From: a virus | Taxonomy: Duplodnaviria; Caudoviricetes | Direction: 5' to 3' (one strand) | Virus record (IMG/VR): IMGVR_UViG_3300043803_000642 | Coordinates: 606 to 64,605 of that record | DNA length: 64,000 bases | Shown here: in pieces, positions 46,751 to 56,922 of the stretch | Position numbering within the stretch: the first letter of the stretch is position 1 | How the letters are laid out: each line of letters opens with the position of its first letter | Notes under the pieces: generated by a model | What the model saw: the letters and a program-made list of their open reading frames with translations, nothing else | Databases searched by the model: none | Told to the model about the DNA's origin: nothing | Made by a program: the position numbers and the translations under genes

Positions 46751-47006
46751 TCATGGCCATCAAGTCCCACTCTGTGAGCTTGTACCGTGTATAGAACCCT
46801 CTGCTTCCCAGCCCATGATAGCCTGACGCTCCCTGGTGGTGTTCTGGACACAGGGGGATCACGAGCCAATCTGACGCTCGCTGCGCTCCTCCAGCCGCGT
46901 CGCGTGGATGATGCAGGTGGGCAGGCGTGTGACCGTAGCCAAGATGGTGGCAAAGAACGCAGCCTACCTCTGCTACTTCGTTCATATACTCCTTAAGCGT
47001 CTTCAT
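46722..47006 (-). CDS. Ref/DUF968-like HNH-type nuclease
   Basis: GCVLC...HLHH...RASDWLVIPLCPEHH. Confidence 0.8.
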   Translation of the reverse strand: MKTLKEYMNEVAEVGCVLCHHLGYGHTPAHLHHPRDAAGGAQRASDWLVIPLCPEHHQGASGYHGLGSRGFYTRYKLTEWDLMAMTIERLHKSS

Positions 47007-47190
47007 TTTCCTCTTGCTCTGGGCGATAGTGTTTTTCCCACAGATCCTTGGTTATCTCGATAGACGAGAATCTATGCCCGCAGTCACGGCATATCCGGCG
47101 ACGTTCAACGAAGTCAAACGTGCGGGATATGTCCTGATACTTGCGGGTGTCTATCACCTGCGTTGGCTTATCACACGTCGGGCACCACAT
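46993..47190 (-). CDS. NrdR-like Zn-ribbon protein
   Basis: CPTC...TQVIDTR...RRRICRDCGHRFSSIE. Confidence 0.8.
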   Translation of the reverse strand: MWCPTCDKPTQVIDTRKYQDISRTFDFVERRRICRDCGHRFSSIEITKDLWEKHYRPEQEENEDA

Positions 47191-47323
47191 TTTTTGGCCT
47201 TGTTTTCTGGTAGCAGTCGTAGCATAGCCACTGTCTTCTGCCGTGTTTGATCTTAAAGTAACCGCCCGGACAGCGGCGAAAGCTGGCGCAGGTAGCGCAC
47301 CAGCGAGTCTGTGTCAGATTCAC
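47171..47323 (-). CDS. 50-aa Zn-finger protein (WCATC...WLCYDC), absent from ORF track
   Basis: GTGA overlap with the upstream stop; two CxxC motifs. Confidence 0.55.
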   Translation of the reverse strand: MNLTQTRWCATCASFRRCPGGYFKIKHGRRQWLCYDCYQKTRPKNVVPDV

Positions 47324-48222
47324 TTGAGTAACTTGTCAGCTTCTTCAAAGATGGTTTCAAGAGAGGTCAGCGTTGGCCTATATCCCAGCGTGTACGCCGC
47401 CGTGTTGGTGGAGTAGTAGCAGGGCTTGACTGTCGCAGGGTGGTGCGGAGATCCGGCGCTCACCACATACTTCATGCCATACCGCTGCGACATCCCCTCC
47501 AGCAGTTTCTCTTTGGTCACGGGCGCTCTGCTGTAGCAGTCCACCGCCTGATTGATATTGTTGTTCTTCAGTAAGACCTGGATCATCTGGTAGAAGTCCT
47601 TGGGTCCCATGTAGTCACGGGATAGGCGGTTCTTGTCTGCCCTGAACGTTTCATTTCTCATGACCGCCTGCACCATCTGGCTGACCATGAACTGGTGATC
47701 AGGATTCATGGTGCTGCTGTAGTAACTGAACACGCGTAGGTCGATGATGTTTCTGTCAGATAGCCGATGACGGTACTCCGCCTGCGCCTTGGCGACCCCG
47801 TAGTAGTGGTGCGGCTGGATGTCGTTGATAGGGAAGGATGACATCTTCTGTGCGCTGGCAGGCGTGTCAAAGTTATCCCCGAACACCGCGCCGCTGGAGA
47901 TGAAGATGTACTGGCAGTCTTTGTGCTGCTCCAGATAGTCCAGCACCATCAGGTCATAGAACCCTGTGACGTAGGAGATGTTGCTACCCATCTGCTGGAT
48001 ACGCTCTGGGCTGCCGGCACCGATGAAGTTGATGATGGCGTCAAACTCATGATGCCGCGAGAAGTCAGACAGGAATCTGGTGGGATGCTTCTTGTTGTTC
48101 TCCACCAGCCAGCGGTCGAGCGCCAGCTTGTTGCGAGCAAACAGGTATAGCTCTGCTCCTTCAAAAGACAGAATCAGATCCTTGGCTATCTCGCTGGTAG
48201 CCCCGAGTATTGCAATCTTCAT
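47320..48222 (-). CDS. NAD-dependent nucleotide-sugar epimerase/reductase (extended SDR, YerF-like position)
   Basis: ILGATSEIA, FISSGAVFG, YGVAK, RDY. Confidence 0.8.
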   Translation of the reverse strand: MKIAILGATSEIAKDLILSFEGAELYLFARNKLALDRWLVENNKKHPTRFLSDFSRHHEFDAIINFIGAGSPERIQQMGSNISYVTGFYDLMVLDYLEQHKDCQYIFISSGAVFGDNFDTPASAQKMSSFPINDIQPHHYYGVAKAQAEYRHRLSDRNIIDLRVFSYYSSTMNPDHQFMVSQMVQAVMRNETFRADKNRLSRDYMGPKDFYQMIQVLLKNNNINQAVDCYSRAPVTKEKLLEGMSQRYGMKYVVSAGSPHHPATVKPCYYSTNTAAYTLGYRPTLTSLETIFEEADKLLK

Positions 48223-48230
48223 GTTCTCCC

Positions 48231-50012
48231 CTATTCCATCAAGTCTATGTACATCAGACTGCGTAGTTCTTCTCTGTCTAGCAGTGGCGCCATATCTTCC
48301 AGCGGTCTGGATGACATCGTGCCGTCTGCCCGCATGAACGAGCCAATCGTTGGCGTGGTTGGCTTATGCGGATCCATGATGACCTCTATGATCTCAGGAT
48401 CATCGTTGCTCAGTATGCTGTCGATCAGCGTCGCTACCTGAATGTTGTTGTGCATCTTCCTGTATCTCAGGCCGAAGCAACTTGCCACGTTTGAGAATGG
48501 TCGGATATGCACTCCTGTGTCTTCGGTCGATCCTACGTACCGGCTGTCGAAGTACTTCTCCTGCGTAATCCTGATCGCGTGATAGCCAGCGTTGTTGAAC
48601 ACGAAGACCTTGATAGGCAGTTGGTGGTGCTTGATGATGGCTAGCTCTTGCAGATTGAGCTGGATGCCGCCGTCGCCTGTGACGCAGATGACGCGCTTGC
48701 CGGTAGCCATGTGCGCGCCGATGGCAGACGGCAGGCAGGATCCCATCATGGCCAGGTTCTTGGCGCCAAACATCCGAGTGTTCTCTTTTATCTCCAACAC
48801 TTGGTGGCCGATGATAAAAGCCTGTCCTGATCCTGTCGGCGTGAGAACAGCATCCTCTGGTAGTTGCTTGCCCAGTTCTTGGTAGAAGTAGTACGGGTTG
48901 ACGTACTGCTCATCCCGCACTTCCTTGAACGTTGCACCGGCAGGGAATCGCTCCTTGACCTTGCGGCAATAGTCCAGCCACTCCTGTGACGCAGAGACAG
49001 GCTTCTCGTACAGCAGTGCGTCTATCAGCTTCTTGGCACAGACCCGTGAATGCCTGCCGACATTCAGCCCCGGCTTGTTGGCCTCTGCCGGATCAAGGTC
49101 AATCATGTCAACGAACGCACCTCTGGCAAACGTTTCGATGTTGTGGCTAGTGTGCTGCACACCCAGACGCGCCCCGATAGACAGGATGTAATCGGCGTTC
49201 TGGATGATGATGTTGGGGTAGCGTGGGCCGAAAGAGTTTGACCGCCCGAAGTAATTGGGATGGCTGTCAGGGATCAGATCAACCGCGCCCCATGTTGTCT
49301 GCACAGGGACGGTGAAGGCTGATGCCAACGCTCTGGCTGCGTCCTTGCCACCGCTGGTGAACACGCCGTTGCCGAACAGGATCAGCGGGCGCTTGGCTGA
49401 TTGCAGGCGCTGCCGGATGTCCTTGATCAGATCCTTCGTCGGTGCTGCGTTAGAACTGAATCCTGTGTAGCCTGCGAGCGTGTCCGGCGTGATGTCAGCA
49501 CACTGCACGTCCAGCGGGATGTCCAGCCACACAGGTCCAGGGCGGCCGTCGTTTGCCATAAACACAGCCTTCTCCAACTCCATCTTCACGTCGGCAGCCG
49601 AGCTGATGAACTTGGCATACTTGGTAATCGGCTTGACTACCTCAATGATGTCTAGTTCTTGGAAGCCTCGTATGCGCAGGTTCAAGCCATGGGCAGAGAA
49701 CGTCTGTGTGATGTTGCCGGAGATGATCAGCATAGGTACGCTGTCTGTAAATGCAGAGGCGACAGCCGTGATGGCGTTAGTGCCGCCGGGGCCGCTGGTT
49801 ACAAACAGCACACCTGTCGAGTTCACAGTTCTGCCATAGGCATAGGCTGCGAACCCGCAGGACTGCTCATGATGCAGGTGCATGTAGCGCAGGCCGTCGG
49901 TCTTCCCAACGCTGTCCAGCAGGTGCATCATGCCACCGCCAGACAGCAGGAAGACAGTATCTGTACCAGTTAGCTCTTTGATCCTTGAGCAAATGTAGTC
50001 AGATACTTTCAT
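48231..50012 (-). CDS. ThDP-dependent acetolactate-synthase-like enzyme (YerE-like)
   Basis: HHEQ, VTSGPGGTNA, GFQE, GRPGPVWLDIPLDVQ, GDGG...NN. Confidence 0.88.
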   Translation of the reverse strand: MKVSDYICSRIKELTGTDTVFLLSGGGMMHLLDSVGKTDGLRYMHLHHEQSCGFAAYAYGRTVNSTGVLFVTSGPGGTNAITAVASAFTDSVPMLIISGNITQTFSAHGLNLRIRGFQELDIIEVVKPITKYAKFISSAADVKMELEKAVFMANDGRPGPVWLDIPLDVQCADITPDTLAGYTGFSSNAAPTKDLIKDIRQRLQSAKRPLILFGNGVFTSGGKDAARALASAFTVPVQTTWGAVDLIPDSHPNYFGRSNSFGPRYPNIIIQNADYILSIGARLGVQHTSHNIETFARGAFVDMIDLDPAEANKPGLNVGRHSRVCAKKLIDALLYEKPVSASQEWLDYCRKVKERFPAGATFKEVRDEQYVNPYYFYQELGKQLPEDAVLTPTGSGQAFIIGHQVLEIKENTRMFGAKNLAMMGSCLPSAIGAHMATGKRVICVTGDGGIQLNLQELAIIKHHQLPIKVFVFNNAGYHAIRITQEKYFDSRYVGSTEDTGVHIRPFSNVASCFGLRYRKMHNNIQVATLIDSILSNDDPEIIEVIMDPHKPTTPTIGSFMRADGTMSSRPLEDMAPLLDREELRSLMYIDLME

Positions 50013-51241
50013 GCGTACTCCTCCATGAACGCGTCAATCTGGTCACAGACGTAGGACAGCATCTCCTCCGTCAGCGCAGGCTGCACACCCAGCCAGAAGG
50101 TGTTGTTCATGATGTAGTCCGTGTTCTCCAGCAGCCCCTTGACGGCATACTTCTGGCCTTTCATGAACGGCTGCTTAGTGGCGTTACCTGCGAACAGCAA
50201 CCGGCATCCGATCTGCTTGCGCTCCAGATGCTGTGTCAGCGCATCCCGTGTGAACTTGGCCGTAGGAGACAGGGTGATAGGGAACCCGAACCAGCTAGGC
50301 TGTGCGTCAGGGTAGACCGCCGGCAGCCAGAACTCTTCGTACGTACTCAGTCTCTCTTTCAGGAAGCCGTAGTTAGACTTCCGTGCGGAGATGAAGTGGT
50401 GCAGCTTCTCCAGCTGTGCCACGCCGCAGGCAGCCTGCATCTCTGTGATCCGCAGGTTGTAGCCCAGATGGGTGTACACGTACTTGTGGTCATAGCCGTA
50501 GGGTAGTTCGCCGAACTGCTGATCGAACCGCCGCTTGCAGGTGTTGTTCTTTCCTGGCTCGCACCAGCAGTCTCTGCCCCAATCACGGAAGGACTCCACC
50601 AGCCGGCTGAGTTTGGTGTTGTTGATGATGACAGCACCGCCCTCGCCGGTAGTGATGTGGTGCGCAGGGAAGAACGACAGCGTGGCCAGATCCCCAAACG
50701 TGCCGACGTACTGATTACGCCAGCGAGCGCCCAGCGCGTCACAGGTATCCTCGATGACCCACAGCTTGTACCTGTCTGCCACGTCCATGATCACGTCGAT
50801 GTTGAACGGGTTGCCCAGCGTGTGAGCAATCATGATGGCTTTGGTCTTACTGGTGATGGCCTGCTCCAGCATCCTGGTATCTATGTTCAGGGTGCTGTTC
50901 ACATCCAAGAACACAGGGATAGCGCCGAACTGCACGATAGGCGCGATCGTCGTAGGAAACCCGCAGGCAACGCTGATGACCTCGTCGCCCTTCTGGATTG
51001 CCCGCTTGCCCAGAGACGGGCTGGTCAGCGCAGAGAAGGCGATCAGGTTGGCAGAGCTACCGGAGCTGGTGGTGCGTACTGCCTTGCACCCCAAGAACTT
51101 GGTCAGCCCTTCTTCCAGTTGTCGATTGAACGCACCGGCTGTCAACCAACCACGGTCGACAGCCTCGTGCATCAGCTCCTTCTCCCTGTCCCCGACCACT
51201 TGGCCGGAGGCAGGAATGTACGTCTTGCCGGGGATGAACAT
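50009..51241 (-). CDS. rfbH: CDP-4-keto-6-deoxyglucose 3-dehydratase (RfbH/DdhC)
   Basis: SGSSANL, FPTT, AHTLGNPF, EDTCDALG, SFFPAHHITTGEGG (His in place of Lys), RDCWCEPGKNNTC, YDHKY. Confidence 0.92.
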   Translation of the reverse strand: MFIPGKTYIPASGQVVGDREKELMHEAVDRGWLTAGAFNRQLEEGLTKFLGCKAVRTTSSGSSANLIAFSALTSPSLGKRAIQKGDEVISVACGFPTTIAPIVQFGAIPVFLDVNSTLNIDTRMLEQAITSKTKAIMIAHTLGNPFNIDVIMDVADRYKLWVIEDTCDALGARWRNQYVGTFGDLATLSFFPAHHITTGEGGAVIINNTKLSRLVESFRDWGRDCWCEPGKNNTCKRRFDQQFGELPYGYDHKYVYTHLGYNLRITEMQAACGVAQLEKLHHFISARKSNYGFLKERLSTYEEFWLPAVYPDAQPSWFGFPITLSPTAKFTRDALTQHLERKQIGCRLLFAGNATKQPFMKGQKYAVKGLLENTDYIMNNTFWLGVQPALTEEMLSYVCDQIDAFMEEYA

Positions 51242-52006
51242 TTATACCTCTTGAGATTGAGGAGGTTGTGGCTTCTCTGTCAGGATGCCGTCGAACTTGT
51301 GTGTGCCGATATGCGAGAGCTGCGCCCATGGTGCTGCCCAGACGGAGCCTTGGCACTTGTCACGCCAGACTTTGCAGAAGTGATAGTCCTCAGACAGCAG
51401 GCGCTCACCCAGCGGTTCGATACTGGTAGCAAAGAACTCATGAATCCTCTCATTGCCAATGTTGCCGCCCAGATCATTGGTGTCGTTGATGTACGACGGT
51501 ACATGTTCTTTCAGCTGCTCGAACACCTCACGCTTGATCATCATGAAGCCGGTGCCACCGTTCCAAATCTCTACTGGCTTGTCTAGTTCTACGCGCTGCT
51601 CGTTCTGGTAGTTGATCAGGTTGACCACGAAGGATCCGCTGTACTTGCGCAGTTCGTGTGGCGGTACGCCGGCGAGCGCTGCTGCGTGGATCTGCTGCCA
51701 GTTGATTTCCTTCTTGGGGTAGATACCGCAGATCACCGGCTTGTCGGCCAACAACATCGGCAGGACATCGGCAGGATTGAAGTGGATGTCTGCGTCGATG
51801 AACATCATGTGCGTGAAGTCTGTCTTCAGGAACCCGTGTACCAGTGCGTTACGCGCGCGCTGGATCAGTGATTCGTTGAACAGGAAGCTACATGCCATGT
51901 CCACACGGTTGTCGCGCAGGTTGTTCTGCAAGGTCATCAGGGACTGGGCGAAATAGCCGAAGCATTGGCCGCCGTACATCGGTGTCGCAATATAGAGTTT
52001 TGCCAT
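51242..52006 (-). CDS. GT-A-fold glycosyltransferase-like protein
   Basis: IATPMYGG, ESLIQRARN, FIDADI, GTGFMMIKR, LSEDYHFC. Confidence 0.7.
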   Translation of the reverse strand: MAKLYIATPMYGGQCFGYFAQSLMTLQNNLRDNRVDMACSFLFNESLIQRARNALVHGFLKTDFTHMMFIDADIHFNPADVLPMLLADKPVICGIYPKKEINWQQIHAAALAGVPPHELRKYSGSFVVNLINYQNEQRVELDKPVEIWNGGTGFMMIKREVFEQLKEHVPSYINDTNDLGGNIGNERIHEFFATSIEPLGERLLSEDYHFCKVWRDKCQGSVWAAPWAQLSHIGTHKFDGILTEKPQPPQSQEV

Positions 52007-52015
52007 CTAGTTCTC

Positions 52016-52732
52016 CTAGTAGTTAAAGATCTGCCGCTTTGTCCACGGGAAGTCTGTGAACTTGCTGCGCATGAAGTTGTTGTTATCGGTGAATGCCTCC
52101 TTGCTCATGCCTCCTGACCCGTCATGGGATAGTCTGTAACTGACACTGTGCTTGCCGCTGGTGCCGCAGCGAACTCTGGCCTGCATCAATGAAGCCTGGA
52201 ACGATCTGTCTGACACCACCGGGATGTACCAAGCGTGGCTGTGCTTGCGGGCGACATCTGCCCTGACCGCGTAGCAAGAGTTGTCCACGAGGTAATGACC
52301 GCTGGCGTTCGGCTGGCAGCCCAGCGACTCGCAGTTGTCATCGAACAGATAGTTGCCGTCGTTGTCTACGATCTTGCGCAGGCTGTACGCCCAGCCCAAG
52401 TCATGCTGTTCTATCAGCGTGACGAGGGATTCGATATGGTCGGGGTCGTAGAAGTTGTCGTCATCGAGGTAGAAGACAACGTCTTCGTCGATGATGTAGG
52501 GGGCAGCAGCAAATACAGGAGCCATAGCAAGACCACCACGCCCATTAGCACGAGGTAGGTGGACGGTGATCGTGTCAGGCGATACCAGAGACTGGACTTT
52601 GTCGGAATACTCTTGGCCATGGGCGAATACATAGTGGGTCGCTCTATAAGTTTGGTTGTGGACGCTTTCGATACACCGTGTGAGGGTGTCTCTGCCCTGT
52701 GTGCTGGTGACTACCGCGACGGACAGACTCAT
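52016..52732 (-). CDS. Family 2 glycosyltransferase
   Basis: CIESVHNQTY, YLDDDNFYDPDHIESL. Confidence 0.85.
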   Translation of the reverse strand: MSLSVAVVTSTQGRDTLTRCIESVHNQTYRATHYVFAHGQEYSDKVQSLVSPDTITVHLPRANGRGGLAMAPVFAAAPYIIDEDVVFYLDDDNFYDPDHIESLVTLIEQHDLGWAYSLRKIVDNDGNYLFDDNCESLGCQPNASGHYLVDNSCYAVRADVARKHSHAWYIPVVSDRSFQASLMQARVRCGTSGKHSVSYRLSHDGSGGMSKEAFTDNNNFMRSKFTDFPWTKRQIFNY

Positions 52733-53649
52733 AAATTAGCCTTCATTATGTGCCGGCGCAGGAAATCTTTGAAGGTTTCATTGACACCATCTGCCAAAGA
52801 AGTCTTCGCTTTCCAGCCTAGTTTGTTGATCTTGGATACATCTAACAACTTGCGCGGTGTGCCGTCAGGCTTGGAGTTGTCAAACACCAGCTTGCCTTCG
52901 TACCTAACCACGCGGCAGATCAGTTCTGCTACTTCGCGGATCGTCACGTCTTTGCCTGTGCCGATGTTGATCAGCCCGCCGTTGTAGCCCTTCTCCATCA
53001 GGAACACGCAGGCGTCAGCAAGATCATCTGCGTACAGGAACTCGCGCATAGCCTTGCCTGTACCCCAGACAGTCATCGTTTCCTCGTTGTTCTGCTTGGC
53101 TACGTATGCCTTGCGGATCAACGCCGGCAGCACATGGCTGTTCTGCAAGTCGTACTTGTCGCCGATGCCAAAGAGATTGGTCGGCATGACGGCCACGTAG
53201 TTGCGCTTGTACTGCTTGCGGTACGCTTCACACAGCTTGATGCCTGCAATCTTGGCGATGGCGTAGGCTTCGTTGGTTGGCTCCAGCGGCCCTGTCAATA
53301 GATGCTCTTCCCTGATTGGCTGCGGCGCGTGTTTGGGATAGATGCAGCTTGACCCCAAGAACATCAGGTTCTGGACGCCTGACTCGTGCGCCAGGTGCAA
53401 CACACTCATGGCGATCATTGTGTTGTCGTACAGGAACTCTGTTGGGTACGTGTCGTTGGCAAGGATGCCGCCCACCTTCGCGGCACAGATGAACACGTAG
53501 TCCGGCTTGGCTGCGAACAGATCCTTCGGTGGATGCCGCAGGTCAGCATCTACCGTCAGGACTTCATACTTCTTGTGCTTCAGGAGTCTGGCTATGGCAC
53601 CACCCACCATACCCTTGTGACCCAGCACCATGATCTTTTTACCTTGCAA
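52729..53649 (-). CDS. fcl: GDP-L-fucose synthase
   Basis: [54 protein letters not shown]. Confidence 0.95.
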   Translation of the reverse strand: MQGKKIMVLGHKGMVGGAIARLLKHKKYEVLTVDADLRHPPKDLFAAKPDYVFICAAKVGGILANDTYPTEFLYDNTMIAMSVLHLAHESGVQNLMFLGSSCIYPKHAPQPIREEHLLTGPLEPTNEAYAIAKIAGIKLCEAYRKQYKRNYVAVMPTNLFGIGDKYDLQNSHVLPALIRKAYVAKQNNEETMTVWGTGKAMREFLYADDLADACVFLMEKGYNGGLINIGTGKDVTIREVAELICRVVRYEGKLVFDNSKPDGTPRKLLDVSKINKLGWKAKTSLADGVNETFKDFLRRHIMKANL

Positions 53650-54628
53650 GTTCGGCCTCCACCATCTCGTCTACCAGTTGGTCAAATGTGTACTCAGGCA
53701 CCCAGCCTAGTTTCTCTTTCGCCTTGGTGGCATCTCCGCACAGGGTGTCTACCTCTGCCGGACGTAGGTAACGGGGATCTACGCCCACCACTACCTTGCC
53801 ATCTAGGATCGCGCACTCAAGCTGGCCTCTGCCGCCCCAGACAATCTTCATGCCTAGTCTTGCAGCAACAGCTTTCACGAAGCCGCGCACGGTGTGCATC
53901 TCGCCAGTAGCAATCACGAAGTCCTCTGGCTTCTCCTGTTGCAGCATCAGCCACATGGCGCGGACGTAGTCCTTGGCATGACCCCAATCTCTGCGAGCGT
54001 CGAGGTTGCCAAGTAACAGGATGCTTTGCTGGCCACGTTTAATCCTGACCAACCCCTGCACGATCTTGCGGGTGACGAATGTCTCGCCACGGCGGGGAGA
54101 CTCATGGTTGAACAAGATGCCCGAGCAGGCGTACATGTTGTATGCCTCGCGGTAGTTGACCGTGATCCAGTGTGCGTACAGCTTGGCTGCACCGTACGGG
54201 CTTCGCGGATAGAACGGCGTCGTCTCTGACTGTGGTGCAGGGCTAGCGCCAAACATCTCGCTGGTGGATGCTTGGTAGAACTTGGCACCGCTCTGCCGGC
54301 AGGCTTCCAGCAGGCGCAGCGTACCCAGCGCATCTGCGTTGGCGGTGTACTCAGGCTGTTCAAAGCTGACAGCCACATGGCTCTGGGCTGCCAGGTTGTA
54401 CACCTCATCAGGCTCAATCTTCCTGACCAAGTGAGCAAGGTTGCTGCCGTCCGTCATGTCACCGTAGTGCAGGTGGAACTTGGGATTGGCAAAGAGATGA
54501 TCCACCCGCTCGGTGTTCAGGTTGGAACAACGGCGCTTGATGCCGTGTACCTCGTAGCCTTTCTCCAATAACAGCTCTGCTAGGTACGAACCGTCTTGTC
54601 CGGTCACGCCCGTGATCAGTGCCTTCAT
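53639..54628 (-). CDS. gmd: GDP-mannose 4,6-dehydratase
   Basis: [54 protein letters not shown]. Confidence 0.97.
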   Translation of the reverse strand: MKALITGVTGQDGSYLAELLLEKGYEVHGIKRRCSNLNTERVDHLFANPKFHLHYGDMTDGSNLAHLVRKIEPDEVYNLAAQSHVAVSFEQPEYTANADALGTLRLLEACRQSGAKFYQASTSEMFGASPAPQSETTPFYPRSPYGAAKLYAHWITVNYREAYNMYACSGILFNHESPRRGETFVTRKIVQGLVRIKRGQQSILLLGNLDARRDWGHAKDYVRAMWLMLQQEKPEDFVIATGEMHTVRGFVKAVAARLGMKIVWGGRGQLECAILDGKVVVGVDPRYLRPAEVDTLCGDATKAKEKLGWVPEYTFDQLVDEMVEAELAR

Positions 54629-55569
54629 TTGTTCTCCTCGATCAGTCGGTATAGCTGGTTGATCTCGTGCTTGTTGCTGAACTGCTTGTCTGACCGGATG
54701 AACGCGTCGATGTTCTCCAGATACTCACAGTAGCGTGGGTAGTCCACGCCACGCAGGAAGCCGTACAACTCCTCCCAGCTACCGAAGTCCGTCATGTCAA
54801 TAAAGCAGTCTCGCGGGATGTGGTCATGGATGTTGGGCGCGCCCCAGTACACAGGCACGATGCCGGCCATGAATGCGTCCAAGATCTTCTCGCTGATATA
54901 GCCGACCGCGTTGTTACAGTTCTCGAATGTCAGAGCAAACTTGTAGTTGTGCAGCGTAGCCAGCTTGTTGTCTGTCGTACCCTTGGCGCAGAAGAAGGTC
55001 TTGATATCCCAGCCTCTGCCGTAGAGATCAAACTCGAACATGGCGTTCTGCTGGAACCAGAAGATGGCTTCTATCCGCTTGGGGTACAGGCTGTTGGGGT
55101 GCTGGTTGTTCTTGGCCGTCTGCATCAGCGTCAGTAACTTGCGGCGTTCGAACTCCGATCTGTGGATCTCGGTGTTCAGCCTGCTGCTCCAGTCCACGGT
55201 GAAGTTGTGCTTGACGTAGTTGCCACGCCCGACCAGCCGGTCATCCCATGTCAGGACTTTTGCGAACTGATCGTGATACGCGGTATCCCAGTTCTGCGGC
55301 AGGATCAGGTCTGGTTCGTACAAGATCAGCGCCTTCTTGGCGTTGCCAATCTCAGGCTCTGTCTGCGGCCTGTCCATGTAGATCACGAAGTCCAGCTCTG
55401 CCGGATCAACCTGGTCAAGCGTGTAGAGTTCTATACCGTTGGCTTGGCACAACTTGTACAACTCTACCCACGGGCGTAGCAGGTTGTGACCGACATCGCT
55501 GTTCTCGTTCTTGAACAAGTAGCCGTCGCGGGTGATGAACTCGTAGTGATTGTGTACGGCGACTTTCAA
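54625..55569 (-). CDS. GT10 alpha-1,3-fucosyltransferase-like protein
   Basis: [16 protein letters not shown]...[21 protein letters not shown]. Confidence 0.88.
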   Translation of the reverse strand: MKVAVHNHYEFITRDGYLFKNENSDVGHNLLRPWVELYKLCQANGIELYTLDQVDPAELDFVIYMDRPQTEPEIGNAKKALILYEPDLILPQNWDTAYHDQFAKVLTWDDRLVGRGNYVKHNFTVDWSSRLNTEIHRSEFERRKLLTLMQTAKNNQHPNSLYPKRIEAIFWFQQNAMFEFDLYGRGWDIKTFFCAKGTTDNKLATLHNYKFALTFENCNNAVGYISEKILDAFMAGIVPVYWGAPNIHDHIPRDCFIDMTDFGSWEELYGFLRGVDYPRYCEYLENIDAFIRSDKQFSNKHEINQLYRLIEENK

Positions 55570-55766
55570 GTGTTCTTCTCCATTTCTTTGCCTGCTTCCA
55601 TGCCCATCTTGTAGGCACCGTCCCAGCCGTTAACATTGATTGATGCCGCATCCCAACCACGGGAGAACGCTTGCCAGTGCGAGGACTTCTTGATCGTGTC
55701 CCAGTCGTACTCAACGTAGCGATTGGATTCTTGCATCCACATAAGCCATGCTTCTTCTTTGGTCAT
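55566..55766 (-). CDS. Hypothetical protein
   Basis: SD AGGAG; overlaps next start. Confidence 0.6.
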   Translation of the reverse strand: MTKEEAWLMWMQESNRYVEYDWDTIKKSSHWQAFSRGWDAASINVNGWDGAYKMGMEAGKEMEKNT

Positions 55767-55927
55767 GTGTTCTCCTGTTTAACTAAGGTTCCGCACACCT
55801 TGCAATGGTCATATAAACCCTCGCTTCGCTCGTCCCATTCTGACCTAAATGGGTGTTTACACACACGGCACAACCATGCAACAGGCATAAACAAATACCA
55901 AATTACTGCCGCCAAAAAACCGCTCAT
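55763..55927 (-). CDS. 54-aa hypothetical protein with CxxC motifs, absent from ORF track
   Basis: ATGA overlaps at both ends. Confidence 0.55.
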   Translation of the reverse strand: MSGFLAAVIWYLFMPVAWLCRVCKHPFRSEWDERSEGLYDHCKVCGTLVKQENT

Positions 55928-56166
55928 GGCGCACCTCTCTTGTGGATGGCGTAATCGACACGATTGGCCAAACCACGATCAGCGCCTAGCAGCGCGATCC
56001 CTGCCCTGTACGCACACGCCTCGCGCTCCGCTGCTACAGTGTTTCGATATAACTGCGAATATGTTCCCTCGCCTATGGTTAAAAACGTATAACAAGGCAT
56101 ACATAAAAACCCGACGAACACGCCTTGGTCAGTGTGGTTTTCGCAGTCTTTGACTTTGCATTTCAT
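55924..56166 (-). CDS. Hypothetical protein (AEREACA motif)
   Basis: ATG overlapping the upstream stop. Confidence 0.6.
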   Translation of the reverse strand: MKCKVKDCENHTDQGVFVGFLCMPCYTFLTIGEGTYSQLYRNTVAAEREACAYRAGIALLGADRGLANRVDYAIHKRGAP

Positions 56167-56477
56167 TCCTGCCCCCTTGCTCGAATAGCAGCAGCACAAC
56201 TTGCCCAAGACGCATCGACTCGTTCTCCTTCAGCCTCACACACCTTCGCACACATTTCGCGCTCGTCTTCCCTAGCCCTCCTCACCGCAACACAAGCAGG
56301 GCGATCACAGTGTGGATGACAGGAGTGAATGGTGTCCCATTTAATTTTTTCACGCTCCGCTGCTGCGACTAGGTTTGCAAAGCGTTCAAGTTCTTCCCAA
56401 GTCCACTCAACGCCGCCAGACCATGCAGGTTCACCACACGCCGCCCGCGCCATGCGGATAATGTCATCTCTGTTCAT
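56163..56477 (-). CDS. Hypothetical protein (DDIIRMAR...LERFA...AERE family)
   Basis: Recurring small phage protein motif. Confidence 0.7.
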   Translation of the reverse strand: MNRDDIIRMARAACGEPAWSGGVEWTWEELERFANLVAAAEREKIKWDTIHSCHPHCDRPACVAVRRAREDEREMCAKVCEAEGERVDASWASCAAAIRARGQE

Positions 56478-56674
56478 TCCTCCCCCTTGCGTATAGTTGC
56501 TGCTATGTCTTTGTGTCCGGCCTCTTCACACAGCCGAGCGCAGCGCTCACGTTCTGTTGCCACTACCATCTTGGAGAACTTGCGCATCCAAGACATGGCC
56601 GCAGAATCTGGGGCATAGATCAACTGCTCATCTTCTGCCGCCAGATTTGCCATCTCAAATAACTTGCGGGTCAT
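56474..56674 (-). CDS. Hypothetical protein (ERERCA motif)
   Basis: ATGA overlaps. Confidence 0.65.
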   Translation of the reverse strand: MTRKLFEMANLAAEDEQLIYAPDSAAMSWMRKFSKMVVATERERCARLCEEAGHKDIAATIRKGEE

Positions 56675-56913
56675 CCAAAGATGAAGTGAAACAACTCACG
56701 CAGAGTCGTGATCACAACCGCCAGCGCCACGTAGATCAGGATCATGATTGCGCCAACATCAAAGCTGGAAATGTTCTTGCGGTAGAACGCCTGCCACCGG
56801 CTTTCCTGCTCGATGATCCGGCTGGTGTCCTGCACTGTCTGGTAGAACTGCGGCACGTAGTGGCTGCCAATCTTTGGTGGCGGCTCTTTGACGAATTGTC
56901 CATCTCTTAGCAT
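56671..56913 (-). CDS. Small membrane protein
   Basis: KEPPPKIGSHY; C-terminal TM helix; SD AGGAGG. Confidence 0.65.
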   Translation of the reverse strand: MLRDGQFVKEPPPKIGSHYVPQFYQTVQDTSRIIEQESRWQAFYRKNISSFDVGAIMILIYVALAVVITTLRELFHFIFG

Positions 56914-56922
56914 TGCTTCCTC

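Noticed and set aside
48231-50012. ilvB auxiliary gene for branched-chain amino acid synthesis
   Set aside because: It is flanked by rfbH and a sugar SDR with no regulatory subunit, so context favours a YerE-like role
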